This document shows positions 1 to 12,310 of a DNA stretch of 64,000 nucleotides, one piece after another; within the stretch, counting starts at the first letter, position 1; each line of letters opens with the position of its first letter. Source of the DNA: Bigelowiella natans CCMP2755 (taxonomy: Eukaryota; Protista; Cercozoa). The notes beneath the pieces were generated by a model. That model ran no database searches and was not told the DNA's origin. It worked only from the letters and a program-made list of their open reading frames with translations. The translations under genes and the position numbers were made by a program. Location: assembly GCA_000320545.1 (NCBI GenBank), contig ADNK01003479.1, forward strand, positions 22,938 to 86,937, in the 5' to 3' direction.

Positions 1-1232
1 CAGGCTCGGGCCTCCTTCTGCGAGTCTCAGCAGACCCTTGCAAATTGCCGTTGTACGAATCTCCAACCTCATCAATTTGCGCTTTATACTATGGCCTTCT
101 TTTGATGAAGCATTAATCGTGAGATCCATGCTACTCTCTAGGAGCACAGAAGTTAATGGTGTTTTTAATGCCGGAATTATCCAACGACTTGCTAGCAGCA
201 TGAATACACCATAGAATTCATCAAAATCAGATAAGTGCTCGCCTTTCCGAGCAAGCTTGGTTTGATTGGCCTATTAATATTATTAATGAATGTGATTGGC
301 CTATTATTATGAATATATGAATGAATGAATGTTTCATAATACAAAACCACCATTTCTGATAGTTAAAGTACTGCAACTTAAATCCAGTGTTTGTGGATTA
401 TCATGCAACTCTCCTAAACTTAAAACATATCATAATTTCCCATTTCCTTGTATACCAAACAACACACACAAACCTGTTTTTGAAGTCTAATGAAAAATAT
501 GAGCCAAAACGCAACATACTTGAGACGGATTTTCCCTTTAAAACGGTTGTTGAATGCTGAAGAAGAAGAAGGAAGGAGAGACCCCGTTTGAGGATCTTCT
601 ATCCCCTTCTTGTTTGTTTTTTCTTTGTCCTTTTGTTCATTTTCTTCCTCGGAATCACTAACATCGCCGATGTTTAGTTGTATCTTCTCCAATAATGTCT
701 CCCAAGGAGGAGGATGATGATTTACAGCATCTTCAAAATTTGGAGAGCTACTACTACTAGTATCCATATGCGGCGATCGATATATGCTTTGACTCGTCGT
801 GTTTTGCTGTTGTTGTTGTTGTTGTTGTTCTTTACTCTCACCACCCTTCTTACCCCCTGCAGTTTGCTTGCTATTATTATTATTATTATTATTATTATTG
901 TTATCATTTGCGCTGCTACTGTCATTGTTAATTTGGTTGTCCGTGGAAAGAAACACAGGGGATAAAGATGCTATTGATGCTGAATTTGACGGCGGACGGC
1001 ACTGTCCCTCCTCCTCTCCCTTTCTTCGCGATGATGATGAGGAAGGTGAATTTAATATTCCCCTCCTGGGAACTGCAGCAGCAATTTCTTCAAGTCTCCG
1101 ATTTAAATTAGACGTCAATGCTTCTTGTTGCTGTCGCTGAAGTGCTCTCGAATTAAGCATCATCTGGTGCATCTTTACCATCATCATATCCTAAAGGATG
1201 ATAATGTCGATGAAGATGATTATCATATAATC

Positions 1233-1267
<35 letters not shown>

Positions 1268-1703
1268 AATCGTGATGATGCTATACCAATGTACGTTCAC
1301 TTAATGCCGACATTTAGCTGCATATACTTAACAGTAAGGAAAATTGTAATACTGAGGAAAAATGACCATCAAAGCTATCTAACCCTTTGTTGTTGCATGA
1401 GCATCTCCTGGCGTTGTCTTTCAATCATCTTGTGCTTTGCTTCGGTATGCTTTTCAAGATATTTCTTCATCATCATTACGTCATACTTCTCCTGCTTTCC
1501 CCCCCCTACATGTTGCTGTTGCGGCATCATCAAGTCCTGTAATATGTTAGTATGATGTTTGAACCAATGATACAGTATTTTCTACTTCAGTACTCTTTGC
1601 TTCATACAACTTGCAAACTAGCACCAAAATCTACTCTAGCTAACGAGATCACCATGTACATGTAGTAGAGAAAATGTTACGAACAATCTGCCTATCAATA
1701 GCG

Positions 1704-1735
<32 letters not shown>

Positions 1736-2778
1736 TATATTAGGTTACAAAATTGCCTGATATCCTTCTGTGTGAGAATGATCTGATCTCTTTCTCAAAA
1801 TACCATCACCATATCGACCAAGGTGACGATGACCTGCTGCATGATGCTTTGCGTGGTTTCTTCTCTTCAGGTGCTAGAATTAAATACCAAACATACGTTT
1901 ACTAAGATTAAATCAACATTTTCCGCGCTTTTTCTCTAATCTTTAAAAACGCCAGAGAGTAGAAGCCAATAATCATCATCACCACCACCACCACCACCAC
2001 CACCACCACCATCTCCAATGGTGGACTATATGCAGTGAATTACGACGATGAACAACCAACCTCAAGACGTAGTCGAATCCTTTCTAATTTATTATGCCCA
2101 TCATCCATGCTGTAGTAAACAGAGCCCAACTGCAAACAATATTATTGGTCATCCTCGAATTGTATCAGGAGGAAACAAACACTTGCTGCAACTTGATCAG
2201 ATTTTTAAGGTAAACAATAGGAATTATTCTGGTATTATATCTTGGATCTATTGACATAAATATGATGATGACACACCGCTACTACAATGTTATGAAGGAT
2301 TCGTGGACAAAATTCGGTGTTTATTATATTAGCGCATCAAGTGAATACAAGCACTGTGCAAAATTTAATCTTTCTACCCGCTGAAGATTACTAAAATATC
2401 AGTATGTATTGCAACCTGGTTTCTTCGATGGTAAGCATATTTCAATGCCTATTAAATTTGTACGACGTCGTAGTAGTGAATTACTACTTGTTTGAGACAA
2501 TCGATGATAGTAGAGTACTACTACTAGTAGCAGTTGTATCTAGTAGTAGTAGTCGTATTCCTAGTTTTTACTACCTGCAGTCGTTTCTGCGTGTTGATAA
2601 CACGTTGCTCCAAAATTGAAGAAGATGGGCGGTGGTGAGGAGTATTTGCACTCGTCCCCACCTTTCTCCTTCGTGCATCATCATCGTCCTCATCACCTTT
2701 ACCATCGCATCGCTGCAGATCTGACGAAAGAGCTTTCCTCCGTAGTTCCTTTAGTCGCCAAGGAAGAGAACACCACAT
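1..2778 (-). CDS. Multi-exon gene of unknown function (Q/N/S-rich N-terminal part), runs off the window's left edge
   Basis: Open minus-strand exon-like segments at about 2575-2778, 1380-1536 (MMPQQQHVGGGKQEKYDV...), 520-1190 (ORF 420..1187), 349-415 and 1-270 (ANQTKLARKGEHLSDFDEFYGVFMLLASRWIIP...), with GT/AG borders. The 5' exon chain is not resolved. Confidence 0.5.
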
Positions 2779-3119
2779 TCATGAATTACATTTGTGTATA
2801 TAAATATGCGTGTATATTTATTCATAATGTTTATCCATATAAATTATTTTCAGCTTCCACTCAACATCACAATAAGTACCCCCAGCTTCCGCCTCAAGTC
2901 ATCCATTATTTTTCTTTCTGTGGGGCTGCTGCTCGGGACTGGCAGTTGTTTCAAGTGGCTAACCCCATGCCCAATTATCAAAGGAGGATAGCTAAGAAAT
3001 AAGCCTTTGGTTAGTTGTCGCTGTGTATAAATATAGGCCATTATCTACAATTTATTAGCATTTAAAGCCTTTCGTAAGTTGTCGCTAGGTAATTTTCTGG
3101 GCCATTCTTTCTTCAATTG

Positions 3120-3800
3120 CTGGCCGACCGAACCTACGAGTCGTACTCGTACTCAGATCGATGGTCGTTTGTGGCTCTTGATGCTTCCTTTCTTTGCAAA
3201 CACATGAGTTCACAGAGCTTGCAGGTGTTTCCTCAGGAGCGTGGAAGCCTTAATCAGTGTTTCCAACCGTCTCCTTTCTTCTTCCTACTCTCTGTGCTCT
3301 TCCTGAATTTCATTTCACTTTTGACGGCAGGTTGTTCCTTCCATCCTGTTTTCCGCCACTTTCACAAGTCCTCACTTCATCGTTCTGGATTTCGTTTCTG
3401 CTTTGCTCTTGTGTTGCTTGTGGCGTGCCTTCACGTTAGCAGCGTAGCGTGTTGCCTGTTCATCGTGTTGAATGTCAAATTGTCATCGATTTTTCAATGT
3501 TTCTTTCTCTGATTGATGCAGGGTCGTGTGGGAGAGTTGGCACATCCCACGATCCTTGCAGATCCACCACTGCAATTGCTTCATTCGTTTGCTGATGAAG
3601 TTTTTTCACAGTGCTGATGTGGAACTACTTCATTTATTCATTTATTCTTTGCTGATGTCATTTTCACATTGTGCACGACCGCTCCTCTTTTGGCGGTGCA
3701 ACACCTTTCCTTTCGGCCATGCAATGCCTGGACCCTCATTTGTCACATTCGCGATGCGATCCGATGCCTCACACTAATGCACCAATGACAGCTGTTCCAT
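3120..3800 (-). mobile_element. Decayed 3' end of a non-LTR retrotransposon (RTE-like), frameshifted
   Basis: Minus-strand fragments read across frameshifts: ISKRMKQLQWW, TRYAANVKARHKQ, VAENR/WKEQ, TCKLC/HVFAKKGSIKSHKR. These resemble the RTE ORF C-terminus and its terminal CxxC...H motif. The region is TpA-poor. Confidence 0.3.
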
Positions 3801-4312
3801 GAGTTACGGATGCATGATGAGTTGCGTTGAAGCCGTGCACATTTTTTGAAACAGGAACAGCAGCATCATTTGAAGATGTACACGTGTGTTGATGCACATG
3901 CATGATGAAACGGATATATACGGACTAGCGGATGCAATGAAGTAATTGGATCTTTTAATGGTCATACAGATCCTAATGTAGCTGTGTAATGCAGTGGCTA
4001 CGACAGAGCTTATGTTGTGTCTATTTGTTTCCATCATAACGTGTTTCATGCATGTGAAAGCATCCTCTCTCTAGCTCTGCGTGTCACGCACATCGTGCAG
4101 CACATGTGTACATGCGGCGAGTGGCAGATTATTGTTCATGCACAACATGCATGAATTTGGCAGTTTTTAGTTGTGCGTCTCGTGTAAGGTAGCAGCCACG
4201 GTCGACTAAAACGACTTGATCGATGTCGCAATCAGATCGTTTAGTTCATAATTTGCCGCTTTTAGTCCATAACGCATCCTTCAAACATTCCACCACTCTA
4301 CACCATGCATCA

Positions 4313-6343
4313 TTAATTTTCCAATTTCATTTTGAAAATGTTTTGAGCTTGTTCGGAATCTGATAGAGCCTAAACATCACCCAAAAAACCGCAAATTGTT
4401 ACGATACCTGTCTTTTTATTAAAGATACACATGTGCCATTTGTTACGATACCTGTGTCTTTTTATAAAGATACACATGTGCCATTGATGTCTCACTGATG
4501 TCTTACTAGTAGTAGCACTAGAACCTTTTTCTCCATGATCTCCTCAAGAGCATCCCACCATTGAAATAGTAATCCAGATTCAGCAATCATAGTGAACCAA
4601 GGAGTCAACTGGACCATCTCTTGTGTTTGTCCGTCTCTTGAAATCATTTGCCTTTGTTTTACAAGTTTAGTGTCGAACGACAAATGTGAGAAAGATGGAA
4701 GTGAAGCAAATAACAGAAACAGTAATGATAAGCAAGAGTGATTATTATTGTCGTTTGGAGTGTTTTCCCACCTTGTTTGGAGAATATTTTTTAACTCGGT
4801 ACTACTAACGTATCTCGTCTTAAAGCAAAAGTTGTAGATTCAGAAATCAGTAGTTTGTAATTGTTTTACATGATACTATTCGTTATGCTTCTAATGAAAA
4901 TAATCTACAGTATTAATGCAAAAATCGACGATATATATGACCGTATCATATATTAAATTTGTTTCATCATGGGGTGGCAGCAGCAGCAGCATATATGGTA
5001 GGACGCAGCAGACATCATCATAAATTGTCGTCTTGTTGGAGAGATATATATGGTAGGACGCAGCAGACATCATCATAAATTGTCGTCTTGTTGGAGAGAT
5101 TAATATGCTGTATACGAAGGATGAGGTAGATTTCTCATATAAGCAAAGAAATCACGACGAATACTGACAATATATCAATTGATGAACACAGAAGATACCT
5201 CACTAACTTCATTCTGGTTTATATTTTCAAGTTCAGGAATAGCAGCCTATTACGGCAGAAGCAAACGAGATAACAGGGGGGAGAAGATGGGTGAACGAAA
5301 ACTCTTTTAGCATTAACAAAGACAAAAAACAAAAATCCGTCATCTTTTTAATGTATATATAACATTATTTGAAAAGAAATAAATGGTGTAATTAACAACC
5401 TTTTGTGCAAAAAGAATATAATCAATCTCATGTTCTCCCCACGTTGTATCTGAAGGTGCCTGATGAATGTATGTATTTGCGATGAGTCACAAATAAAGCA
5501 AACCTTGTAGTAGGCAATAGCTTTCACATGGGTGTGTGATTCGTGAGGGCTTCATTTTAAATAGAAGATTATAGCGGTGGAGCAACAAGTTTTTACCTTA
5601 TAGATTATGCGGGTTAAAAACACAAGATCATCAAGAGAAATCATGTTTTGTGAAATCCCAAGTTCGTGCTCAAGCTTGCGACAAGCAGCACGCCTTACAC
5701 CAAGATGGTTATTTCCTTCTTCCATTTCCTCCTTCCGATATAGTGGGTGGGAACAACATGTGTTTGTCCACCTGAGAAGTGTTGTCATTATAATTGACAG
5801 CAGAAATGAGTGGCTATGAAAGAATGTGTCAGAAGAAACACAAAAATACTCACGTGTCAGGGAAAGTTATCTTTTCACTCGCTCGCTTTTGCAGAAGCAA
5901 ACGGCCTTGTTGATCAAAGACAAAAACTGAGAAGGCACGGTGGAGGGCGTTGCCTGTAATACAAACAAGAAGGCCACAATGGTAAAGCATCATTTCTTAT
6001 TAGGATATTGAAGGAATAAATATTTGACTGCAAGACCTTTGTCAATATTTTCCAATAAATGGGATTCTAACTTCGAAGAGTGACCAATGATTTCATCATT
6101 CTCATTAACAAGGATGCATTCTTCCCTCATCAAGTCAGCTTGTGTCGGATCGACCCCATCCAATGGCGATGATGGTGATGATGTTGATGTGGCAAAGCTA
6201 GGAGTCGTAGGAACGAAATTACGATGGGAAAAACTAGAGTGAGCAGATTTACTAGCGAAGAATATGTTTGGCGGTAGTAATGAATTTGACCATCGAAGAC
6301 GGTTTACGTATTTGCTGCTTCTGGTAGCCCTCATTGGAATCAT
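4313..6343 (-). CDS. IDI1: Isopentenyl-diphosphate delta-isomerase type 1 (Nudix fold) with an R/S-rich organellar-type leader, 8 exons
   Basis: Exons give [23 protein letters not shown] / [29 protein letters not shown] / [10 protein letters not shown]...[12 protein letters not shown] / [11 protein letters not shown] / NQNEVSE / TRYV / LTPWF...QWWDAL / [18 protein letters not shown] (4313-4369). Start codon uncertain. Confidence 0.95.
4396..4486. repeat. Tandem duplication, about 45 bp x2, in the last IDI intron
   Basis: ttgttacgatacctgt...aaagatacacatgtgccatt occurs twice. Confidence 0.9.
4991..5100. repeat. Tandem duplication, about 55 bp x2, in an IDI intron
   Basis: atatggtaggacgcagcagacatcatcataaattgtcgtcttgttggagagat occurs twice. 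Confidence 0.9.
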
Positions 6344-6739
6344 CCTGTAACAACAATACTCATTACCACCATGCAAGTTGGTGACCACAGGAGTAACTTC
6401 ATGGCTATGAAGAATTGCGCAATCAATTAAAGCACCTCATTATGACAAAACTAACTATTGAGTTCATCGAATTCTCTACTCTGTTTGCCCGAGAGTTGAT
6501 CGTAATTGAAATTGCACACCGGAAAGTAAGAGAAGACGTTGCAAGTACGTCAAGTACTAAGTTTATCTACCTTTGGGAGGGGGCCATGGAGGTGGTGGCC
6601 AAAAACTTTTGTTTACTCAGCATCGTTATTCTTATTCCAACAACGAGGAGAAAGATTAAAAGAAAATTTGAAAGTGTTGGGACACACCGGTACCCCACCA
6701 CCATTTCCTGGTCCTCCACTGATTTAGTAGGGGTAGGAT

Positions 6740-6780
<41 letters not shown>

Positions 6781-6835
6781 AGTTAGTTAGTTAGTTATTC
6801 TGTTCGCGCCCTTGACTTCCCAGCTATGTTGTTAC
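6740..6835 (-). repeat. Dispersed repeat copy with a (TAAC)n(AAC)n tail, possibly the 3' end of a retroposon
   Basis: The reverse complement gtaacaacatagctgggaagtcaagggcgcgaacagaataactaac matches two copies at 46935-47046. Confidence 0.8.
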
Positions 6836-6989
6836 AGGGGATTTTTTGTTAGTTAATTTTTAACAACGAAAATATCTTCCTCAGAAACGAAAATATCTTC
6901 CCCACCTCTCAAAATGGAAAATTTGAATAAGGACTTCAAAATGTACAAACAAAATATGTATTTGTAGAAAATGTAGGCTTTTTTAAAAA

Positions 6990-7370
6990 ATGACGCAATC
7001 TGAACTTCGATGTTTACATCTTGTTTCTGCGCAAGTGAACCACCCCCTTCCAAACATCAACCAACCGGACTTTCCAACGCGAGTCCAGCTCGCGTCGTGC
7101 GCGCTGACGGCGAGAATGGATCGCTCGCAGCAAGATGCTTGCTGTGGATTCCTTCTCCTGGTGGTCCTGGCTCTTTTTGGACTAACACTGGTAGGGGTGG
7201 ATCTCCCGTTCGTCTTCTTCTCCCTGTGTGCCGCCATCGGCAAGGCGTCCGGCTTTACACTCATATTCGTGGGTGCTGTGCTGTCCTGCACTGGAGTTGG
7301 ATTGATCATTGGCGTACCTCTCATATTTTGCGGTGCCGTGTTGTTGTTTATCATCTATCCGTCTTTCTAA
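6990..7370 (+). CDS. Small intronless membrane protein (126 aa, or 84 aa from the ATG at 7116)
   Basis: GC-richer ORF with 2-3 hydrophobic helices and a Gly-rich hairpin (GAVLSCTGVGLIIGVPLIFCG). Confidence 0.55.
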   Translation: MTQSELRCLHLVSAQVNHPLPNINQPDFPTRVQLASCALTARMDRSQQDACCGFLLLVVLALFGLTLVGVDLPFVFFSLCAAIGKASGFTLIFVGAVLSCTGVGLIIGVPLIFCGAVLLFIIYPSF

Positions 7371-7699
7371 ATGGGAAGCAGAAGGTTTTATGAAGAATCA
7401 CCGCAAGTAGGAATGAATGTGTGTGATAATCATCATATAAAACTTTGCTAAAATCCTTTTGCTTTATACATACCATCATCGCAACATACATAGCAGTCCC
7501 ATAGCATCGCATATCGCCTCGCAACATGTATACATACATAGCACAGCACATAGCACGGCACGGCACATAGCACGGCACATAGCACATAATGACATCGTAT
7601 GCTTCTTCATTTTTTATTAGACCCCCACTTTAATTAGTGTTTTTTCTTAACCTCATTCATTTTATTGTTAATGAGAGATTATAGGTACTTTAAAAAAAC

Positions 7700-9300
7700 A
7701 AACTTTTTTTTGTAATGCATGCACATGTGTACACATGTACACATCATGTACACACATAACTTATACATGTGTACCCCCTCCCCTGAAAAACACCCCTTAG
7801 AAACATAAGCATGATGATGCAATGTGATGCAGCATGATGATGCAGTCGCACAATGCTGTCGCATCGCTTTGCGAGCAGGTGGGCTCTGCCCACATCGCAG
7901 ATGCCGCCATTGGCGGTCATGATGATTGTCATCACATGTTACTTGCACATCACACACCACGGGGCCGGGGGCGTGCAGTGCAATGGTGAACGCGCACACC
8001 ACAACAAGTCACGGTCGATCGACCAACGCAATGCCCGCATGGCAGAACGCACAATGCGGATCGGTTTTGTGCACTTGGTGCATCGCTGCCGCCTGCGTGA
8101 TGCTGACCAAACGGGCACCGTGCTCAGTGACTCGATCACTCAGCGCAGCGCAGCTTCGTTGCTGTTTGGTGCACAACTGCATCAATCCCGGTGACGAGTG
8201 GGTTTTGAACAAACTGTGCTTTGCGCGTGCGGCCTGGCGCGCTCAATCGTTGCAATTGGACATTGGAAGCACACTGGAGCCTGTTTGAGGTTCAAATTTG
8301 ATTTTTTTTTCGAATTTCAGCTTGAAAACCTCACTTTTCAACGCCTGCCAGCGGGCGAAAATTGAAAAATTCTTGCCACTTTTGAACACGCTGGCGCATT
8401 TGCATTTGCGTGCCACAAGTTTTGCAAGCTCATGAGGGTGTGTGCACACTGCTGGACTGGCTTCATGGACGTGCGAAGTTTCAGCACACGCACGCAAAAA
8501 GCATGCACCTGGGCGCGCGTGGGCGCGCAGGTGTGTGCTCAATGACCCTCAATTGAAAATTCATGCCATTCGTTGCACGTTTGACACAGTTGTGTGCTTG
8601 TGGTCGCCAAGCAGCACACCTCGCACACTCACACGTACGTCACACTGGCACACTCACAGGCCGGCAGCAGCGTCGCGAAACGAGTGCAATGTCACAATCG
8701 CGCCAGTGCGAATTGCAACAAGTGTTCAAACGTGAGCTGTGCAAGCAAACCTGGAAGTTCACGATTTGTGGTCTGATGGCGGTGCAGCCGCCAATGCGTT
8801 TGCGTTGCGCACGCACGTGCAGCCACGCATCGGCAGCGCTCGACGTTCACTTGCACCAGCACGTGCACGATCATCACAGATCGGATGTTGCACAGCTAGA
8901 CAGGCTAGCAGGGAGAAAACTGGCATGGATGTTTGTCACGCTGTGGCACGGTCGTGCACGAACCGTTCTGGCGTTTTGTGCACGCATGGAGGTTCAGAGC
9001 AATGCATGGTGTTTCGCGCACCATCTTCATCAGGTGAAACTGAAGAGCACAAGTTGCCATGATGGCAGCTAGCTAGCTAGTAGTTGCAGAGGCAAGAGCA
9101 CATGCTTCTGCGAGGTGAGCTAGTGAGCCCGCATTGGCAGCATTCGAAAATGCTGATTAAGTCAGCTTCAAACCTCTAGAAAGTGATCGCATTGCTATCG
9201 AATTCGCAAACAAAATTTTCCCATTCATTTGCAGCATTGATCAGGTGTTGATCCATCTCTAGACACTTTACGTGCGTTTTATTCCGTTCACCACCGCTGG
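7700..9300. other. TpA-depleted intergenic island, probably decayed non-autonomous repeats
   Basis: No TA in 7942-8635. 9 TA in 7808-9130, 6 of them in CTAG. CpG is abundant. Confidence 0.9.
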
Positions 9301-9338
9301 GAGATCACATGCAATTCACATTCGTATCATAAAATGTG

Positions 9339-9951
9339 CTAAGCGAAGAGCCTATCGTTATTATCCACGTAGTTGTCCTCTCCCTGGAATATTGTTATAA
9401 TTGAGAATTTATACTGATAGCAATAGATGCATTATTGGTTACTTGTACGGTCATACTCTGCAATAAACCAAAGACAAGTTCTGCTAAGTCCACTACTACA
9501 AAGACAAGTTCTGCTAAGTCCACTACTACTACTACTACTACTACTACTGGTACTCCTCCAAGTACTCCTATTAAGTACAATACTACAACTACCACTACTA
9601 TAACTACTTTAACTGCTACTACTCCTCCTCATCCTACTACTACTACTACTACTACTACTACCACTAATAAATATACAACTACCTTGTGAGCTACTACATC
9701 AGGATGATGCTGGGGCTGCTGACCAGAGGATCCTTTATTATTATTATTATTATTATTATTGTTGTTGTTATTATTATTGGTAGCAGAAGGCTTTGTAGTA
9801 AGGCGTTTCCTTCTAAGCAGCTTCCCTTTTTTTGCTAGATCTGACATTATTAAACATATAATAAATACGAAAGAGAAGAATAATGAAGCAGAGAAAGTGA
9901 GAGTGCATGTATGTGCGTGTATGTGCGTGTATGTGCGTGTATGTGCGTGTA

Positions 9952-10026
<75 letters not shown>

Positions 10027-11641
10027 CTCAATCAATTGGTGATAGATGTCATCATCTTCGTTCGAAAACATCATACACATCATCTAAATGGCAATAGAGT
10101 ACGGTACATAGGCGACCTTGTGATCTTTTGACTTTTTCTTCTCTTTTTTGTTGTCGATACATGTATAGAAGGGTCTTTGCGTCGAGAGCTTTTTCAGCCA
10201 CTGATAATGTGGTTGGTGATGATGAAGAAGAGGAACAAAAATAATACATATTTTTATCAGAAACAACAAGAATTAGTAGAAGAAACTGAAACAATAGATA
10301 ACTCGCAAGGATTTTTCTCTTCTTCTACTCTCTCTAATTTATCATAAATGACTCTTCTCAAGAACATTCTCATTATAGTTTTTCTTCATTTCCTAATATT
10401 TCTTCTTCTTCTTCTTCTTCTTCTATGAACAATGTGTATGTGAGTGTGTTTTTCTTCCTTCTTACGAGGATTTCTTGGATCATTTCTCCATGTTGGTATT
10501 CTGACTGCATCGTCTCTCTTTGTGGTCTTCTTCGAAGAACGACGACGATTCATTCCGACATCAACAACTTAAACAACAGTAAGCAGAAGCAAACGCTATA
10601 ATTAGATCTTCTTCTTCTTCATCTTCTTCTTCATCTTTCTCCTCATACTACTCCATATGCCAACAACTTCCGACTTGCACAACAAAATTTTGGTGATCAT
10701 CATCGAAGGCAGCATTATTAGCTTCCTATCTACGGCACGATATGGAGTAACTAACGCCTTCTTTTTAATCGATAATTGATACTCTTTTTTCCAAAGTCCA
10801 CCCTCATTTTGCAGGAAGTAGCATCATTATCAATCATTTTAATCGTCAATATGTATAGTCACTCCCCTTCCCTCCTCCTCTTCCCCCCTCTGCTGACGTG
10901 TTGCCCAGTCTCAGTCCGTCATCATGATCATTCTACTTATCAACAGCTTACTTTGTTATGAGTTAGATAATAATATACCCCTACCGTGATGATCCAACGA
11001 TGCTGCTGCCGCTTCCTCTTTGAAATTTCTTTTCTCGTTATCCTCCACATCATCAAGTGACGTTGGTGGTAAAGGAGCTGTCAAAAGCAACTCCTTTTCC
11101 ACTGAAATATGGCGCCACTGCTCATCATAACCATCCACCGAGGAGTGAAGTAGTAGTACCAGATGATGGTCATGAGAAAGAAGAAACAAAAGACAACACC
11201 AGAAGTAGGAAGAAAGAGATGCGAAAGAGTAAGGAATAAAATTATAACATCCAATTGTACGCAAAGAAAAGAGGAAGTGGAGATAATCGAGAAGAAAAAG
11301 AAAGAAATCATACAATTAGTGATAATGATAATGATGATTACGATCTAAACAATCTACGTTAATGCTGCTGCATGAAGCACATCTAACGCAATGACGATTG
11401 AATGAGGAGCAGAAGGAAGCTACTTCGCGATAAAACCCCTGCTACTACTACAATTCCTTATAATACAGCAACAAGCAAGCTTGCATGGAAAATAATGGGA
11501 GAAAATAATATAACAGCTTCAAACTCAAGTAGTAGTAGTTAGTAGTAGTAGTAATTATCACATGATGATATTATAATATATGGAGGTTAGAATAGTAATA
11601 ATTATCATATTATATTATAATATATGGAGGTGTAAATAAAG

Positions 11642-11674
<33 letters not shown>

Positions 11675-12273
11675 TACTTTGGATATTACTTTCTAACTTT
11701 ACGGTGGTAGTAGTAGTAGGTATAAGTAGCAAGTTGTTAAAGGAGGAGGAGAAGTGAATCAACTACTACCAGTATGTATGTTGATCGTTGTGTGGTTGGT
11801 GTTCTTTACTACTGTCCTTTAACTACTCTGAATAAAGTCGTCCAACTGTCCTCTAACTACCTTGAATAATAAGTCGTCTAACTAAGTAACTAAATAAATA
11901 AATAACTAACCGCAGGTTGATGCCTCAATTTATATACTAAAGGGGCAGAGGGTCCTATTCCTGATGATTGTAAGTAGTAGTAGTAGAAGTAGTAGTAGTA
12001 GTAGTAACAGTAGTAAACATCAGAAGCATGACTGTCCAATAGCAGCAGTCCGTACGCCTATACATGCGGAGTAGCGAAATCTTTACAATAACAGAAGAAG
12101 AGGTTTGTGAATTCAATTTCGTTATCACCATGAGAGCTATGTGGTGGATTATTTTATCATCATGAGTGCTATGTGGTGGATTATTTTCCTTCTTCTTCTT
12201 TCCTGATACAACACCAGCACACCTCCTACTGATGATTCTATTTTTCCAAAACTATTACTACCATTACCACTAC

Positions 12274-12310
<37 letters not shown>

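Noticed and set aside
714-1140. Hydrophobic poly-L/I/C ORFs here and throughout the window
   Set aside because: They are antisense or off-frame readings of trinucleotide and dinucleotide microsatellites.
7808-9130. CpG methylation decay or fungal-type RIP as the cause of the TG/CA excess
   Set aside because: CpG is plentiful (gcgcgcg, cgtcgcg) and TpA is the missing dinucleotide. RIP would increase TpA.
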